From the IMG/VR virus record IMGVR_UViG_3300005573_000070: a stretch of DNA of 64,000 bases. One strand, written 5' to 3'. The notes below the pieces were generated by a model, which saw only the letters and a program-made list of their open reading frames with translations, made no database searches and was not told where the DNA came from. The stretch is from a virus. Shown piece after piece: positions 1-8,442 of this stretch; positions within the stretch are counted from its first letter, which is position 1; the number at the start of each line of letters is the position of its first letter. The position numbers were made by a program, and so were the translations under genes.

Positions 1-88
1 TCGAGGTTAAAACCGACAATTTTGAGGCGAGTTCGCTAGCGGGTATAGATGGGTCCTTTGTTGTGTGAGATACAGACGGATCGACCAT
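1..88 (-). CDS. 5' end of probable tape measure protein (runs off window)
   Basis: ATG at 88 opens MVDPSVSHTTKDPSIP..., open to the window edge; lies directly after the chaperone pair. Call is positional only. Confidence 0.4.
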   Translation of the reverse strand, partial: MVDPSVSHTTKDPSIPASELASKLSVLTS

Positions 89-90
89 AG

Positions 91-339
91 TTACTTCTTA
101 AGTTGACTAATAAGCTGGCGAAATGAATCGGCATCGAGTTCGAACTTCTCGGTCTCTTTACCGAACTTACCTGCTACTTCTTCTAATTCTTCAGCGTCTT
201 TCCTCAGGTTACCAAGTATCCAGGCTAACTGGAACGGTTGTAAAGATTTTAGTAATGGATCGTTTGGCAGTACACCAAATGTTTTGCATACGATCCATAA
301 TGCTCGGGAATAGGGTATGTCAATTAGCGCCCCCTTTTT
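91..339 (-). CDS. -1 frameshift extension of tail assembly chaperone (lambda G-T type)
   Basis: Open -1 frame with no start codon of its own (KKGALIDIPYSRALWIVCKTFGVLPNDPLLKSLQPFQLAWILGNL...QLKK*), overlapping AAAAAGGGGG at 330-339. Confidence 0.55.
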   Translation of the reverse strand, partial: KKGALIDIPYSRALWIVCKTFGVLPNDPLLKSLQPFQLAWILGNLRKDAEELEEVAGKFGKETEKFELDADSFRQLISQLKK

Positions 340-752
340 ACGCTCTGCTCCGTTAACGCCATTTGATCACTTACTATTTCCATATACTTGATAAACAACT
401 GGTCTAGTACATAACTCTGCATCTTGTAAAGTGTGTCCATCAATTGAGGTCTCTTCTCCGACGGAACCGGTTTACCATTAATTTTTGTGATAGCGAACGA
501 CAACATTGGTACCTTCGAATTTAACACGTGTTTTGGGTCGTCAATTGGTAACCCGTCGTTTGTCAGTTCTTCAACTTTCCGGCGTTCTTCTTCTGTCAAG
601 GTCCTCAACGTAAATTTGATTCCCGCAACTTCAACTTCTCTTTCTATAACCCCGACTTTTACCAACAGATCAAGATCAACTTCAATATAATCCTGCTCGG
701 GCTTTTGTGGTACCTGTATTTCTTTTTCTGTTTTGATCTCCTTGATTTCCAT
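324..752 (-). CDS. tail assembly chaperone
   Basis: 142 aa, FTLRTLT..E pattern; lies between tube genes and putative tape measure. Confidence 0.65.
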   Translation of the reverse strand: MEIKEIKTEKEIQVPQKPEQDYIEVDLDLLVKVGVIEREVEVAGIKFTLRTLTEEERRKVEELTNDGLPIDDPKHVLNSKVPMLSFAITKINGKPVPSEKRPQLMDTLYKMQSYVLDQLFIKYMEIVSDQMALTEQSVKRGR

Positions 753-781
753 ACTTCCATCTCCTCCTTTTCGTTAAGTCT

Positions 782-1456
782 TCATTTCAGGCCAAGAAAA
801 CCTTTGAACCAGCTCGTAGCAGCTGTTGAGATATCTTCGAAAAGACGTGTCGATTTTTCCTCCGTTGTGGTAACAAGGCCAACTTCAACTTCAAATTCAG
901 GTATCAATATCATGTCGTTTGACATAATATCGTACGTGATATTGTTGTTTTTTAACCAGCAGTCATGGTATACAATAGACCGGGCAAGAGTAACATTCCA
1001 TTTGGTAACTTTTGGCTGTTCTATCTCAAGTCGAGTCCAGGTCCATTCAAATTTACCCCCGCTTAATTCCGCAGGAGTTAATTTGTACTGATCCTCTATT
1101 ATGACAAACGGGTTTTCTTGTGTTAGTAGATTTCCACGGATAAATCCTAACTCTTGTAAAAGATCAGTCTCGTGAAATACTATTCTTTTGAGGCGCAGGC
1201 GAACATCAATTTGACCAGGAACGACCCAAGCAGGGTACATTTCGTTACCATTGAAACCGTAAATTTTGGTTACTTCACGGGTCTGGTCACGTGAGAAACT
1301 AGTAATACCTTGTGCAACACCTACGAACTTGAGACTGTTGAAAAAGGGAACAGTAGATGCTATACGTTGCTTTGTCGTGGGAACATACAGTCGTATAGTT
1401 ATGAACTGCGGTGTTTGGATGTTTGTTAACGGTACCCGGACAAATCTTGGATCCAT
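782..1456 (-). CDS. tail tube-like protein (paralog 3)
   Basis: Shares YHDCWL/YDCWF motif and layout with the two adjacent paralogs. Confidence 0.6.
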   Translation of the reverse strand: MDPRFVRVPLTNIQTPQFITIRLYVPTTKQRIASTVPFFNSLKFVGVAQGITSFSRDQTREVTKIYGFNGNEMYPAWVVPGQIDVRLRLKRIVFHETDLLQELGFIRGNLLTQENPFVIIEDQYKLTPAELSGGKFEWTWTRLEIEQPKVTKWNVTLARSIVYHDCWLKNNNITYDIMSNDMILIPEFEVEVGLVTTTEEKSTRLFEDISTAATSWFKGFLGLK

Positions 1457-1514
1457 TCGTTTAGGGCCTAGTATTTTAGGGTCAGTTTACAATTACAATG
1501 CGATATCAGTTTTG

Positions 1515-2105
1515 TTATGGTCTGGCTACATATATTCCAGCTGCTGTCAATGTTGCCTCTTGTGCAATTGCGAGATCGTTATCAGTCACGTCGAATTCTA
1601 TCTCTGATTTGTCAAACCAACAATCATATATCAGTACCTTAAGGGTAGTTTCTTGAGATTGATTATTCTCAAGTTTTCTGTCAAGTAATTCCACTATAAT
1701 ATGGATCGGGGCAATTTGGTTGTAAATATTAAACGATGCCCCGACTTTGTCAGTAGTCCCAGCTGTTGTACTGAAAATATCTCCTTTTTCAACTGCTTTA
1801 AACGCATCTAATAGATGGTTTGTAAAGAAAGCGATCTTTTCAACTGCTACTTCAAATTCGCCAAGGGATGGGTATACTTCCATTATACGACCTAAAGTCT
1901 CGTAATTTAGTTCCCTCCACACATTCAGGTCACGAGACGATGTTATCCTAAGGGATTGGATACCTCCTATTGGGTCTCCTAGATCCCTTATAAGGTCGCT
2001 TAAATTTGCGGTGTAGGCATCAAACGGAACACTCGCAGGAGTCGAATATACTTTAATCAAATGTCTTGGGCGCATATTAAGTAAAGGAACTCTCTCTATA
2101 ACCAT
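1515..2105 (-). CDS. tail tube protein (paralog 2)
   Basis: MVIERVP..N.RP.HL.KVY, FNIYNQIAP, DCWFDKSEIEF shared with 2119..2775; downstream of sheath. Confidence 0.7.
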   Translation of the reverse strand: MVIERVPLLNMRPRHLIKVYSTPASVPFDAYTANLSDLIRDLGDPIGGIQSLRITSSRDLNVWRELNYETLGRIMEVYPSLGEFEVAVEKIAFFTNHLLDAFKAVEKGDIFSTTAGTTDKVGASFNIYNQIAPIHIIVELLDRKLENNQSQETTLKVLIYDCWFDKSEIEFDVTDNDLAIAQEATLTAAGIYVARP

Positions 2106-2118
2106 GTTAGTCCCTCCG

Positions 2119-2775
2119 TTATGCCGAGACCGGCATTAACCATGCAAATTTCATTCCGGCTTCTTGTACTAAGAAAATGTCTTCTTCGATAGAAAACTCA
2201 ATTTCTGATTTGTCAAACCAGCAGTCCCACAAAATGAGAGACCTTACTTTATCTTGATTGTCGCCCCCTTTCTCTAGCATATCTACTTTTATAATCAGGG
2301 GCGCGATTTGGTTGTAGATATTAAAGGTAGGATCAATAGATGTGTTCGGGTTCGCTTCTGGTAACTTTGTAAAAACGTCGCCTTGTTTGGTTGCTTGGAA
2401 CGCGTTCAGTAAGTGTTGGGAATAAAAAGCAACGTTTTTAACAGACGCAGAATAATTTGGCAAATGAGGATATGTCTCTCTTATCTTGCCCAAGTTCTGA
2501 TAGTCCAGGTTCCTATAGAACCCAACACCGCGATCAGTTGTCAGTGTAATACTCTGAATGGTTCCTACCTGGACAAGGTCCAACGTATATGGTTTGGTCT
2601 CTTTCCCTTCTGTGATTGTAAGTGTAAGAACAGTTCTGCCGTTCAGTACAGAAGTGGTTGCTGAAACAGAGCTAATGTTCCTGAGCAACGGAATTGGACT
2701 GTCCAAGTTGCTTGCGTAAACCTTAACTAAATGTTTTGGTCTTATATTGAGTTTGGGAACTCTTTCTATAACCAT
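2119..2775 (-). CDS. tail tube protein (paralog 1)
   Basis: Immediately follows sheath; paralog of 1515..2105. Confidence 0.7.
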   Translation of the reverse strand: MVIERVPKLNIRPKHLVKVYASNLDSPIPLLRNISSVSATTSVLNGRTVLTLTITEGKETKPYTLDLVQVGTIQSITLTTDRGVGFYRNLDYQNLGKIRETYPHLPNYSASVKNVAFYSQHLLNAFQATKQGDVFTKLPEANPNTSIDPTFNIYNQIAPLIIKVDMLEKGGDNQDKVRSLILWDCWFDKSEIEFSIEEDIFLVQEAGMKFAWLMPVSA

Positions 2776-2791
2776 ACACTGGGTCCTCCGG

Positions 2792-4201
2792 TTATGCTTC
2801 TACTGTAAACTTCACATAAATCCAGTTAATATCAAATGTTGGCCTGACTGCAAAAGAAACATCTACTTGTCTTGGTTCGGTACTGTTCCTTACAACATTT
2901 ATGTCTCTGTAGTCAATGATTATGTTCGCGTTCGCGAGTTGTGTTAGTATTAACTTAACTGACATCGAAATTGTACTTAACAGTCCAGCACTATACGGCT
3001 GGTTAACAAAAGCAGTCAATGAATTCCTCATTAGTCTCATCAAATAGTCAACAATACGTGTGATTTTGAGCTCACCAGTTATAGGATTGGTTTGGTCGGT
3101 CGTTAAGGCATGACGAATCCTGAAGTTATCTTCGACAATCAAACAACCAGCACTTGCAATACTATTTTTCTGTACTCTTAACAAAGGATCAACAATTTCA
3201 TTGAAACCAGCAACGATTTGACCAGTTAAAGGTGCGTTCATTGCTAACGAATCAATTAATCCTGCAATTGCCGCGCCAAGATAATAACCACCAACTGTAA
3301 CTGTTGTTGTACCAACTGTTACTTTTACATTTGCTGGATAACAATATATAACTCTGCGATCTTTCAATTCACCAATCGTGGTTCGATAGTTAGTTTCATT
3401 TTCAGTTACACCAGCAGGTGGCCCAAAGATAGCTATTCTTTCTTTTTGTTCATCAACAGATGACATTTGTCTGACATGATTTATAATAGCAAGTACATCG
3501 CTAGAACTTAGGTCGCTTGTTTGACCGGACATATACCCACCTAAGAATATGATACTATATGGATATGACCCGTCAGGATTTTTGAGTGTTTGTAATTCGG
3601 TCAATATAGTATTAACATCTCTTTTGGAACCACTTATATCTTTCCAAGACACGCACCACACTGAAGATGCTCCGTTGGCAATTGCTATAGAAAATCCTAA
3701 AGGCAATGAATACTTGATATTTCCAGAATTGTCGGTTTCAACCTGACCCAAAAAGTTAGAAGCTTCTTCCACTTGAGTCGAATAGAAGAATTTAGGTTGG
3801 TAATCAGTTGTGGATTTTTTAAGATAGAAATACACAACGTAAGTAGTACCTTGTTGGGGTTTTTTACCGCCTGTCAACCAGGTTATCTGTAAATTACCAT
3901 CACCATCATTCCCTAACTCAAAGTCTGTACCAATTGTATAAATGTCAGAAGTTGTTAGATTAACTGCGCTTCCCCTGGCTGTATCTACCAGTGTAACATC
4001 AACATTTTCCCCATTCAATTTTACTAAGTTTGAATCACTACTTCCTTTCGTTATAGTATCAGATTCTGTTCTGGTGTAAGAATCCCATGTCCCAATTAAT
4101 ATCGGTACAAAGTTGCCCACAGTACCAATCACAGGCATCGGTTTTATTTCTGACTCTACGTAGACACCTGGTTCAATATATCCTTTAACAAATGTAGCCA
4201 T
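2792..4201 (-). CDS. tail sheath protein
   Basis: N-terminal PGVYVE; C-terminal RHALTTD...ELKITRIVDY...VDVSFAVRP typical of contractile sheaths. Confidence 0.9.
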   Translation of the reverse strand: MATFVKGYIEPGVYVESEIKPMPVIGTVGNFVPILIGTWDSYTRTESDTITKGSSDSNLVKLNGENVDVTLVDTARGSAVNLTTSDIYTIGTDFELGNDGDGNLQITWLTGGKKPQQGTTYVVYFYLKKSTTDYQPKFFYSTQVEEASNFLGQVETDNSGNIKYSLPLGFSIAIANGASSVWCVSWKDISGSKRDVNTILTELQTLKNPDGSYPYSIIFLGGYMSGQTSDLSSSDVLAIINHVRQMSSVDEQKERIAIFGPPAGVTENETNYRTTIGELKDRRVIYCYPANVKVTVGTTTVTVGGYYLGAAIAGLIDSLAMNAPLTGQIVAGFNEIVDPLLRVQKNSIASAGCLIVEDNFRIRHALTTDQTNPITGELKITRIVDYLMRLMRNSLTAFVNQPYSAGLLSTISMSVKLILTQLANANIIIDYRDINVVRNSTEPRQVDVSFAVRPTFDINWIYVKFTVEA

Positions 4202-4227
4202 TAGTTATTCCCTCCCATTAATAAATT

Positions 4228-5427
4228 TTATACATATACAAAACCTCTCTGGTACTTAACCAGAGATACTTTTGAAATCGGTACGTTTTTTACTTCATTA
4301 CCATCATCTATTCTTACATACTTACCATAACTATGTACACTCCTAACTCTGTACATTTTATTTTCCATCTTTATCAAATCTTCAGGATGATACTGATATC
4401 TTACCTTCCTTATACCAGGTTTATACCCCTTTCTGTTACACCGTAAAGTTCTATTGTTTCTCCTGCTTTGCCTAACCATGAAAGGTTCACATCTTGATAT
4501 ATTACCAGTGCCAACCATTGCAAAAGCATCATTGATATGAGATTTTTCCAAACCCAACAATATCCTGTTACTCTTGGTTACATAACCAAATGTAGGTACA
4601 ACAAGAATATTTGGGTAAATTTCTTTAAGTTTGTTAACAAGTAACCATCTAACAGTTGACATAAAAGTTTCTGCTTTAAATTCTTTGGGTACTTTAACAT
4701 CTAAAGTAATCTTTCCTTCAGTAACTTTTTTATGACATGTTCTACATAATGTTATAAGATTATCAGGACTGTTACTACCTACTTGTCTGGATATAAGATG
4801 ATGTACTTCTAATACCCTATCTCCTGATTTACCTTTACAGTATTGACAAACATGACCATCTCTGTGTAAGACATATTCTCTAACATTCCAGAAACCTTTC
4901 TGCTCACCATTCTGGTACTCTGCACCTTCTATATCAGGATTCTTTATCCTTTGAATGTCAAATGATGCAACTTCAATCACAATCTTTGATATAGGTAATA
5001 TTTGTTTTATCTGGTTGATTGCTTTAATATGACTATCTAACTTGTGTTGTATTGATGGAGCTAACCATCCTTTGTCTTTTTTCCTGTTAAGAAATCTGGG
5101 TTCACGATACCATGCCTTACGATTTCTGCGACATCTACGATATTGTCTCCGTTCAGAGTTAAGTTTTACAATATCATCTCTTAAAACAATTTCAGCACTA
5201 TATACTTCTCTTTTATCAGTAACAGCGGACAATCCAATACGTTCATAGCCATTATCAACGCCCAAAACTATTGGTTGTGTCGTTCCACCATTCATAACCG
5301 TTAACTGGATTGTGAATGGTTTTCTTTTGACCACTTTTGCCAAACCTTTCTTTAGCAATCTTCTTGCTTTACCAGAACTACACGGCATAAGTGGTAAACC
5401 TGATTTGTTTAATACATAAACTAGCAT
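4228..5427 (-). CDS. iscB: IscB RNA-guided endonuclease
   Basis: PLMP N-terminus, RuvC-I LGVDNG, Arg-rich bridge helix, RuvC-II IEVASFD, HNH (CQYC...HH...NLITLCRTCH), RuvC-III HINDA. Confidence 0.95.
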   Translation of the reverse strand: MLVYVLNKSGLPLMPCSSGKARRLLKKGLAKVVKRKPFTIQLTVMNGGTTQPIVLGVDNGYERIGLSAVTDKREVYSAEIVLRDDIVKLNSERRQYRRCRRNRKAWYREPRFLNRKKDKGWLAPSIQHKLDSHIKAINQIKQILPISKIVIEVASFDIQRIKNPDIEGAEYQNGEQKGFWNVREYVLHRDGHVCQYCKGKSGDRVLEVHHLISRQVGSNSPDNLITLCRTCHKKVTEGKITLDVKVPKEFKAETFMSTVRWLLVNKLKEIYPNILVVPTFGYVTKSNRILLGLEKSHINDAFAMVGTGNISRCEPFMVRQSRRNNRTLRCNRKGYKPGIRKVRYQYHPEDLIKMENKMYRVRSVHSYGKYVRIDDGNEVKNVPISKVSLVKYQRGFVYV

Positions 5428-5674
5428 AATTTGCTGAGAAGGTTTTTATGACAGGTACCTACACGGACCTGTCCAGGAACCTTCCCAAAACCTGTTGGTC
5501 CACATCGGGATTGTTATCCAAGGTTTTTAAACCTGTTACACTGAGAGTTTCCTCTCCGTTTAATAACAGGTCACAGTTGCATGGAACTTGTGGAACATTC
5601 CATGGTGTGTATGTATTTCACTTGGATAACTGCTGCTCTGGTTTTGTCACAGAGCCCCCTAAGGGGCTAGTTAC
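4232..5674 (-). mobile_element. IS200/IS605-family IscB element without tnpA
   Basis: iscB plus omegaRNA; bounded on + by TTTAT (4227-4231) and TTAC (5671-5674). Boundaries inferred. Confidence 0.65.
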
Positions 5675-5690
5675 CCTTACCTCTCACGAG
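5428..5690 (-). ncRNA. IscB omegaRNA (HEARO-like); predicted guide about 5675-5690
   Basis: About 250 nt upstream of iscB starting GTAACTAGCCCC-tta-GGGGGCT, with long-range pair GTTATCCAAG/CTTGGATAAC, CATGGAA..TTCCATG and GAGAG-gaaa-CTCTC stems. Confidence 0.8.
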
Positions 5691-5706
5691 GTAAGACCAA
5701 GATTAA

Positions 5707-6546
5707 TTACTTGGCTGACCCCTCGGCCAAGATCTGGTTAATAGTACTTTCGATGTTGATCTGGTTAATATAACCGAGTAACGATTCAGGAAATACTAAC
5801 TCGTACTCGGTATGACAGTTCCCTATTGTTATTGACGCACTGTACAACAATTCACCGTTCCATTCTATCGTACTTATTCCCGAAACATCCATCTTGGTAT
5901 AAGTTATCTTTAGCTCGGCCAGTTTATCTCTGAGAAAGAACCTTAAAAATATGGTAACAAGGTCAACAAGCCTTTCAACGTCAGTAACAGTAGATGCAAA
6001 TATCGAGATCTTTATACTTAACCGTAATATACCCGTGAAGTAAAGGTAAGGGATTGGGTTCTTCAAAATCAATGAAATTTCAAACGGAACTTCTTCGTTA
6101 AACACGGACTCTGACCATCTGATCTGAGCATATCCGGTCTGACCATCTTTAATTATTTCATATTTGTCGGGGTCAATTCCTGGAATAGTAACAGCTTCAA
6201 CTTCGTCATACAAAACAGGCTCATCATCTAACAAAACGGTGTCGGTATCACCGGGCCCCTTTACCATCCTTGACCTGAATTCCTTCAGTTCGACCCGTCT
6301 GACTTGCTCCTGGGGTCCTACATAAGATACGTCAATATTACTATGCTCGGCATCGACCACGATTATAGGAGTTTTAAAATATCTGTATGGAAACGCAGTA
6401 TAAATCAGAATCTTGGTCTGTTCCTCGTCGTCAACAAACTTGTATTCAGGAGGAACATAGTCGGAACCAAACACGGCTCTCAGCGACGCAACCCACGCCG
6501 CTTTTACCCAGTTGTAATGTTGTATGTCAAATCTTGGTTTTACCAT
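5707..6546 (-). CDS. putative tail terminator/completion protein
   Basis: 279 aa, upstream of sheath; positional call. Confidence 0.45.
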   Translation of the reverse strand: MVKPRFDIQHYNWVKAAWVASLRAVFGSDYVPPEYKFVDDEEQTKILIYTAFPYRYFKTPIIVVDAEHSNIDVSYVGPQEQVRRVELKEFRSRMVKGPGDTDTVLLDDEPVLYDEVEAVTIPGIDPDKYEIIKDGQTGYAQIRWSESVFNEEVPFEISLILKNPIPYLYFTGILRLSIKISIFASTVTDVERLVDLVTIFLRFFLRDKLAELKITYTKMDVSGISTIEWNGELLYSASITIGNCHTEYELVFPESLLGYINQINIESTINQILAEGSAK

Positions 6547-6549
6547 CGT

Positions 6550-6648
6550 AAAATCTCAAAAATTTTAAGTTGACCCGTATAGGCTAATATGTTTATATTG
6601 TTTTGATGCAGATCGCTTTTATTTTTTTGCGATTTTTGATGAGTGACC
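6550..6648 (+). repeat. ~100-bp repeat, copy 1 (inverted copy at 60076-60178)
   Basis: Near-identical to reverse complement of 60076-60178; contains TTGACC-N18-TATATT promoter-like sequence. Confidence 0.9.
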
Positions 6649-6662
6649 GTCAACTTTTTATC

Positions 6663-6739
6663 AAATCTTGTTGAAAAATCAAAGATGTTTGCAATAAACA
6701 GTTAAATTTTCAGTTCTTGTTCATTTTTCAACAAGGTTT
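6663..6739. repeat. TTGAAAAAT...ATTTTTCAA inverted-arm element, copy 1
   Basis: Arms cttgttgaaaaat / atttttcaacaag around a unique spacer of about 40 nt. Confidence 0.8.
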
Positions 6740-6769
6740 GATATCAAAGCAAATTCATCTAAAAAATGC

Positions 6770-7816
6770 CTAAATCCATAGTGGTACTTCTTCCTCACTG
6801 TCAATCAGATTGTATTTTCTTAACGCATTCGTTATTTTGTCGCGGTTAATACGGACCCTGATATCATCCGGGTCAACACATTCAAAAGATAGACCTTGTC
6901 TTAACATAACCCCTTGCCAGGTTGACACTTTAGTTTCTTTAACCGTGAACCGTTCGCCAGATACGACCCTGTGTAAAACATCATGTTGTGCAACGAGCGG
7001 GGTCCACAAAGTCCACGCATCCGGTGTTCTGTCTACCTCTAACCCGCTTTCTTTTATCTTTAACTCTAACTTTGGCATGCCCCAGTAACTTAACTTTATT
7101 CTAATTGGGTAATAGTACCCGCCTATGATACCAGTACCAAAACAAATTTCGCATCGTGCACGACCACTAAATCTCGGGCTTTCTTGATCATTCTTGATAG
7201 TGGGATCAAATGGTATCGGTTTAGATGAACCAACCGGGGTAACGTTGCCGGTTAACTTCGGCTCGACACATTCTGGACATACCGGACCTTCTCTACGTCT
7301 TTTGTACAAGATAAACTCTTCCCCGCCTATTTCCATCATCGCTATATGTCTTCTACGTATTTCATCTCTATAGAAAGTCATCATTTCGTAAGGAATTGTA
7401 GCTTTAACATAATCCGGAGCAGTAGCCTGGTTCGGAGCTATAACTGGGTTAAGTTGGGAGTAAGTGTTAAACATCTCTTCTTGTTTATCAGAAGCGGTAA
7501 AGTACGTAGCTGGTTCCTCTTGTAAAAACACTTCTTGACCATTTTTCTGGTAACTTACCCAAATATGAACGATTAACTCTTCTGGTAATATAATCTTCGA
7601 CGCTGGGAACTTTATCCTGAACGGAGGAGTCCCGCTAAAAGTACCAATTAACGTTCTGACGGTTGGAGTCAAAGAACCATAAATTTTGTACTCTGTTACG
7701 CCAGGTACCGGAGGAAAAGATACAGTTATATCCTTCGGATAACCTTCTTCCTTTACCAACTTTATAATAGTTGGTTTGTAAGATGGGTAAAATACACCAT
7801 AATGATCCCATTTCAT
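6770..7816 (-). CDS. putative head closure/neck protein with Zn-ribbon
   Basis: CPEC...CEICFGTG motifs; lies between head and tail modules. Confidence 0.45.
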   Translation of the reverse strand: MKWDHYGVFYPSYKPTIIKLVKEEGYPKDITVSFPPVPGVTEYKIYGSLTPTVRTLIGTFSGTPPFRIKFPASKIILPEELIVHIWVSYQKNGQEVFLQEEPATYFTASDKQEEMFNTYSQLNPVIAPNQATAPDYVKATIPYEMMTFYRDEIRRRHIAMMEIGGEEFILYKRRREGPVCPECVEPKLTGNVTPVGSSKPIPFDPTIKNDQESPRFSGRARCEICFGTGIIGGYYYPIRIKLSYWGMPKLELKIKESGLEVDRTPDAWTLWTPLVAQHDVLHRVVSGERFTVKETKVSTWQGVMLRQGLSFECVDPDDIRVRINRDKITNALRKYNLIDSEEEVPLWI

Positions 7817-7891
7817 TCTTCAGTTACTTCTTTCCTTTTACTAACTTTTTTTCCACTCAGTTTCATTCTTTTTCATTACCTCCTTTCTTTA

Positions 7892-8004
7892 ACCTTGACA
7901 TCCAGGGGATACTGTTTGTAATTATACAGGATATATTATGGGCTGGGGTCCAGCCTTATCTCAGGCTTAGTTCCTGAGAAGGTCCATTATTTGGACCGGA
8001 CCAC
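7892..8004 (+). mobile_element. miniature IS200/IS605 derivative, 113 bp
   Basis: TTTA|accttgacatccaggggata left end; three hairpins; ends GGACCGGACCAC; collinear with the tnpB-remnant copy at 50051-50248. Confidence 0.8.
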
Positions 8005-8391
8005 TTTGGTCAAGAGATACTGGTCATCTCTCAGGTAAACTATAGTATATTTTCCCTTCACTTTTTCTCCTTCAAATTCTACGACCATCCGTTTTGGGTC
8101 CGCATCCACGACTTTATAAAAACCCTTGTCATAAATTTTAACGGAACCGCCACCGTACTCACCTTTCGGAATTTCCCCTTCGAAATGTATATACTCTGAA
8201 GGATGTTCCTCGACTTGGACCATCAAAACCTTTTCACCTTCTTCCGGTAATTTAGCTTTCGGAATGGCGTAAGATATTAACACAGTATCCTCGGACTCGG
8301 GTACAGGTTCTGGGGTTCGGTCAAACCTACGTTTCTTTACATATCTCTCGAACAAATTCTTTTCTTCTCTATCTAAAACATCCCTGGTCAT
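7987..8391 (-). CDS. C-terminal part of LigD-type 3'-phosphoesterase
   Basis: KRRFDRTPEP, SYAIPK, QVEEHPSEY..FEG.IP.GEYGGG.V.IYD.G motifs; lacks the QxH...HYDxRLE segment. Confidence 0.85.
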   Translation of the reverse strand: MTRDVLDREEKNLFERYVKKRRFDRTPEPVPESEDTVLISYAIPKAKLPEEGEKVLMVQVEEHPSEYIHFEGEIPKGEYGGGSVKIYDKGFYKVVDADPKRMVVEFEGEKVKGKYTIVYLRDDQYLLTKVVRSK

Positions 8392-8392
8392 A

Positions 8393-8414
8393 GTAGTCTG
8401 GCCCGATAATAGGC
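8393..8414 (-). repeat. solo right-end copy of miniature element
   Basis: ttatcgggccagactac matches ttatcggaccagaccac at 15/17. Confidence 0.7.
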
Positions 8415-8442
8415 TTTGACGAAAAGATGTGACTTATTGTCG

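Noticed and set aside
5700-5745. C-terminus INQILAEGSAK and nearby hairpins as a decayed tnpB tail into which IscB inserted
   Set aside because: Suggestive, but similarity is short and could be chance.
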